From contig JBFWLW010000002.1 in NCBI GenBank assembly GCA_050251945.1, positions 224,001 to 288,000 of the forward strand: 64,000 nucleotides of DNA, given 5' to 3'. This DNA comes from Deferribacterales bacterium. GTDB lineage: Bacteria > Chrysiogenota > Deferribacteres > Deferribacterales > Geovibrionaceae. Positions 60,274 to 64,000 of the stretch are shown piece by piece (position 1 is the first letter of the stretch; the number at the start of each line of letters is the position of its first letter). The notes beneath the pieces are model-generated. The model made no database searches, had not been told where the DNA came from, and saw only the letters and a list, made by a program, of their open reading frames with translations. A program made the position numbers and the translations under genes.

Positions 60274-61431
60274 GTGAAAAACAAAACTGTTGTCAAAAAA
60301 TCTGACTGTGTTCTCGTTGCCGGAGCGACAGGACTTGTGGGTTCAGCCATTGTGCGGGCGCTTGCTGAGCGCGGTTATACGAACATAGTCGGCACTTATT
60401 ACAAAACAAAACCAGCCTCAGTTTATAAAAACTATCTGAAGGACTATCAGGCAAGGATAAAGAGCGGACAGCTGCGCATGATAAAATGCGACCTGACCAA
60501 CCAGAGCCAGACCATTTCGCTTTTCAAAAAGATACGGCCCGATTTCGTATTCAACTCCGCGGCGCGCGTCGGCGGCATCTATGCCAACAGCACGTACCGA
60601 GCGGAATTTATCTATGAAAACCTGCGGATGCAGAACAACATAATCCACTACGCATACGAATACGGCGTAAAAAAGCTCCTTTTCCTCGGCAGCAGCTGTA
60701 TCTATCCAAAGAATGCCGAACAGCCCATAAACGAAGATCAGCTTCTCAAGGGCGAACTGGAATATACCAACGAACCCTACGCACTTGCGAAAATAGCAGG
60801 TATCAGACTTTGCGAAAGCTATTACCTGCAATACGGGTGCAACTTCATATCCGTTATGCCCACAAATCTTTACGGTTACAACGACAATTACGACCTGAAA
60901 GGTTCTCACGTCATCCCCGCCCTCATCAGAAAAACGTATCTGGCGGCTCTCTTTGAAAAAGGGGATACGGACGCCATAGCAAATAACCTGAAAAACGACT
61001 GCGGCGACGAGGAACATATAGACTGTCTGAAAAGCATCGGCATTGAAAAGCAGAACGGAAAAACAGTTCTGAACCTCTGGGGAACAGGCAGCCCCCTGCG
61101 CGAATTCATGCACGTCGACGACATGGCGGACGCTTCCTGCTTTCTCATGGAAAACGTTGACGCATGGGACATGGACGACGGTTCCGGCACATACAGAAAC
61201 GCACACATCAACATCGGCTCCGGCGATGAGGTTTCAATAAAAACCCTTTCAAAAATGGTTGCGGAGGTTGTCGGCTACGGCGGCGAACTTCGTTTTAATC
61301 CGGAAATGCCGGACGGCACCCCAAGAAAACTTCTGGACTGTTCCAGACTGCACTCTCTGGGATTCAGACACCGCATACCCCTTCACGACGGACTGAAATC
61401 CGCCTTTAACGATTATCTGAGTCGTCAGTAA
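60274..61431 (+). CDS. fcl: GDP-L-fucose synthase
   Basis: GATGLVGSA, AARVGGI, FLGSSCIYP, YALAK, PTNLYG, SHVIPAL, WGTGSPLREF. Confidence 0.95.
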   Translation: MKNKTVVKKSDCVLVAGATGLVGSAIVRALAERGYTNIVGTYYKTKPASVYKNYLKDYQARIKSGQLRMIKCDLTNQSQTISLFKKIRPDFVFNSAARVGGIYANSTYRAEFIYENLRMQNNIIHYAYEYGVKKLLFLGSSCIYPKNAEQPINEDQLLKGELEYTNEPYALAKIAGIRLCESYYLQYGCNFISVMPTNLYGYNDNYDLKGSHVIPALIRKTYLAALFEKGDTDAIANNLKNDCGDEEHIDCLKSIGIEKQNGKTVLNLWGTGSPLREFMHVDDMADASCFLMENVDAWDMDDGSGTYRNAHINIGSGDEVSIKTLSKMVAEVVGYGGELRFNPEMPDGTPRKLLDCSRLHSLGFRHRIPLHDGLKSAFNDYLSRQ

Positions 61432-62207
61432 TGAAAAAAGTGTCAATCGTTACCATAGTAAAAAACGATTCGGCAGGGCTTGAAAAAACAATCGAAAGTG
61501 TTAAATCACAGACATTTGAAGACTATGAGTTTATAGTTGCCGACGGCGGTTCGGACGAACCCGTTCTGTCTGCTGCCGAAAAGAACAAAGGCGCAATTGA
61601 CCTGTTTCTGAAAGGACCCGACAAGGGTATTTACGACGGAATGAACAAAGGTATTGCGGCGGCGCAGGGAACATATATTATTTTCATGAACGCAGGCGAC
61701 GCGTTCGCATCACCCGACGCGCTGAAAGAAGTGTTCGCCGCTGTCAATGGCGAACCGGACGTGATCTACGGAGATTACAGAGTGGACTACGGATATGCGG
61801 AAAACCTTTTAAAAGGCAGACCCGTGAAAGATATCTGGAAAGGGATGCTGACCTCCCACCAAAGCACGCTGGTGAAAACCGCGCTCATGAAAAGATATCC
61901 GTTCAGCCTTAACATCCGTATTGGCGCAGATTTCGACAGGGTTTTTCACCTGTACAGCCTCGGCGCTGAATTCGCATACGTTCCGGTGATAATATCCGTT
62001 ACGGAACCGGGCGGCGTTTCCGACAGAAAACGCATACAGGTATTCAAAGACCACCTTGGCACCCTGAAAGTACACGGCGCGGCAGGAATTTTCAAAAGAA
62101 TATATTATATATACATGATAATGGACGCCTTTCTGAGGCTCACCGCAAAGAGACTGCTTCCGCGGGAAACTGTCAGAAGATTTATCGCGTCAAGAGCAGT
62201 GAAATGA
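61431..62207 (+). CDS. GT2-family glycosyltransferase (WcaE-like, possibly a fucosyltransferase)
   Basis: VSIVT, ADGGS, DKGIYDGMNKG, FMNAGD, HQS. Confidence 0.88.
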   Translation: MKKVSIVTIVKNDSAGLEKTIESVKSQTFEDYEFIVADGGSDEPVLSAAEKNKGAIDLFLKGPDKGIYDGMNKGIAAAQGTYIIFMNAGDAFASPDALKEVFAAVNGEPDVIYGDYRVDYGYAENLLKGRPVKDIWKGMLTSHQSTLVKTALMKRYPFSLNIRIGADFDRVFHLYSLGAEFAYVPVIISVTEPGGVSDRKRIQVFKDHLGTLKVHGAAGIFKRIYYIYMIMDAFLRLTAKRLLPRETVRRFIASRAVK

Positions 62208-64000
62208 GCCTTAAATACAGAAGCGACATAGACGGACTGCGCACTCTGGCAGTTATGCCCGTTATTTTTTACCACGCAGGAATGACCCTGTTCTCCGGCG
62301 GCTACGTCGGAGTGGATATCTTTTTCGTAATCTCCGGTTATCTGATAACCTCCATCATTGTCCGCGAACTGGACGAAGACAAATTCACTATTGCCAACTT
62401 CTATGTAAGAAGGGTGAAACGTATCTTTCCGGCACTCTACTTTCTGCTGGCGTTCACGTTCATACTGTCTTTCTTTTCGCTTATGCCGGCACATTTTGAA
62501 GGTTTCGGCAAGAGTGTCGTCTCCACCGTGCTTTTCGGTTCAAACATCCTTTTCTGGCGGGAGAGCGGCTATTTTGACGCGCAGGCAGAGACAAAACCCC
62601 TTCTCCACACATGGTCGCTGGGTGTCGAGGAACAGTTTTATATCTTTTTCCCCATTATGCTGATGCTCATTGCCCGATACGGAAACAAAAAATATGTCCG
62701 GTTTGCCCTGACGCTGTTCGTTCTGTCGTTCGGACTTTCAGTCTGGGGTACTAAGAACTATCCCGAAGCGGCTTTCTATCTCATCCCCTTCCGCACATGG
62801 GAGCTGATGCTTGGCGCACTCATAGCTCTGGGCTTCTTCCCGAAAACGGACAGGATTCTTAACCTGAACCTGATGTCGCTGGCGGGATTTTTAATGATCT
62901 GCGTCAGCATCTTCACCTATAAACCTTCAACGCCCTTTCCCGGATATGCGGCACTTCTGCCGTGTGTCGGCACTGCGCTTATAATTATGGCGCAGGGCGG
63001 GTTCATAAACCAGATACTGAGCCTTAAACCGATCGTAACGATAGGTCTTCTGTCATATTCGCTCTATCTCTGGCACTGGCCTCTATTCGCCCTTCGCAAC
63101 TACTGGGAGAGCGCAAACATACCTGAATTCTATAAATCGGATTATTTTCTGATATTTCTGACCTTCGCGTTCGCCTCCTTCTCTTATTATGTTGTTGAAA
63201 AACCGCTCCGTATTAAGAAGATACAGAATAAAAAACTCTTCTTCCGCTACACATACGCGGTCATGGCTGTCGGATGTCTGGTGGGAACAACCGCCATCGT
63301 CACAAACGGTATCCCCCAGAGAATACCGGAAGACGTTGCAAGGCTCGCCCACGTTCCCAACAGTAAATTCAAGACTAAGGAATGTTATGAACTGTCCGCA
63401 GACGCGATTAAAGCGCACAGATATTGCGGCATGGGAGTGGCGGACGTAAAACCGAAATTTGCCCTCTGGGGGGATTCACATGCGCTGGCTCTTTCGGACG
63501 GCATTGACAAACTGGCAAAAGAGACGGGTACAGGCGGCGTATTCATGTCATCATCGGCCTGTCCTCCTCTTCTGGGACTTGCGGGAACAAACCGCGCCAA
63601 GGCAAATGAATGCATAGAGACAAACCTCGCGGTCGGTGAGGAGCTTGCCGAAAACAGACATATCAAAAAGGTCATTCTGGTTTGCAGATGGCAGAAATAT
63701 ACCGATACGCCCCAAAAGGTCGAGGAATTCCGTCAGGCACTTGACAGAACACTTGAAAGGCTTAAAGGCAAAGACATTTATTTCGTACTGGATAATGCGG
63801 AAGCAAATTTTGACGTTCCCAGAGAGCTAGCAAAGAACGCGCTTTTAAAAGCATATCTTCCCGCACTGGCATCTTCAGCTGAACTCAGGATACCGGACGA
63901 AACCTATGAAAAAGAGAACTCGCCACTTCTGACACTGCTTCAATACTATGAAGACATGGACAGGTTCACCGTCATTCCGCTTTTTAAAGCGCTCTGCGAC
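62204..64000 (+). CDS. OafA-like acyltransferase-3 with an SGNH domain (O-acetyltransferase), truncated by the right edge of the window
   Basis: Not in the ORF track. Manual translation gives MSLKYRSDIDGLRTLAV...GGYVGVDIFFVISGYLIT...LLHTWSLGVEEQFY...SYSLYLWHWP...LWGDSHA. Confidence 0.92.
   Translation, partial: MSLKYRSDIDGLRTLAVMPVIFYHAGMTLFSGGYVGVDIFFVISGYLITSIIVRELDEDKFTIANFYVRRVKRIFPALYFLLAFTFILSFFSLMPAHFEGFGKSVVSTVLFGSNILFWRESGYFDAQAETKPLLHTWSLGVEEQFYIFFPIMLMLIARYGNKKYVRFALTLFVLSFGLSVWGTKNYPEAAFYLIPFRTWELMLGALIALGFFPKTDRILNLNLMSLAGFLMICVSIFTYKPSTPFPGYAALLPCVGTALIIMAQGGFINQILSLKPIVTIGLLSYSLYLWHWPLFALRNYWESANIPEFYKSDYFLIFLTFAFASFSYYVVEKPLRIKKIQNKKLFFRYTYAVMAVGCLVGTTAIVTNGIPQRIPEDVARLAHVPNSKFKTKECYELSADAIKAHRYCGMGVADVKPKFALWGDSHALALSDGIDKLAKETGTGGVFMSSSACPPLLGLAGTNRAKANECIETNLAVGEELAENRHIKKVILVCRWQKYTDTPQKVEEFRQALDRTLERLKGKDIYFVLDNAEANFDVPRELAKNALLKAYLPALASSAELRIPDETYEKENSPLLTLLQYYEDMDRFTVIPLFKALCD

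Overview
A gene-dense bacterial chromosomal segment, mostly on the minus strand. I found no CRISPR array, prophage or transposase. Gene content and order suggest an anaerobic Gram-negative organism, possibly Deferribacterota (Seleniivibrio/Denitrovibrio/Geovibrio-like); this is inference and was not verified. Left to right the window holds: (1) a napM-A-D-G periplasmic nitrate reductase operon running off the left edge; (2) a HemY-like flavoprotein and an HxlR/ABM/iron-sulfur-flavoprotein redox module; (3) a long housekeeping tract (lolC/E, guaA, guaB, split nitrilase+nadE, moaC, ychF, hppA, pth, prs, ispE, LolB-position lipoprotein, TPR protein, accC, accB, efp, Xaa-Pro peptidase, aroQ, aroB, aroK, PBP, rdgB, rph, rlpA, mnmH, LysR, PglB/STT3-like protein, pepA); (4) tRNA-fMet, a DMT transporter, glgA, mntP and a Nik/Cbi ECF transporter; (5) a ~16.5 kb surface-polysaccharide locus running off the right edge. 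The best candidates for undescribed biology are a NeuB-free CMP-ulosonate pathway (cytidylyltransferase, HpcH aldolase, dehydrogenase, epimerase, cyclase, HAD, YhcH and two DUF115-like proteins) coupled to a Wzm/Wzt exporter and a methyltransferase with a repeat 'ruler'; a compact oligosaccharyltransferase with QWDNG in place of WWDYG; an EF-P with a KCGRG tip; and a family of intergenic multi-hairpin elements with conserved loops but variable stems. All product calls come from motifs read by eye; no database searches were run.
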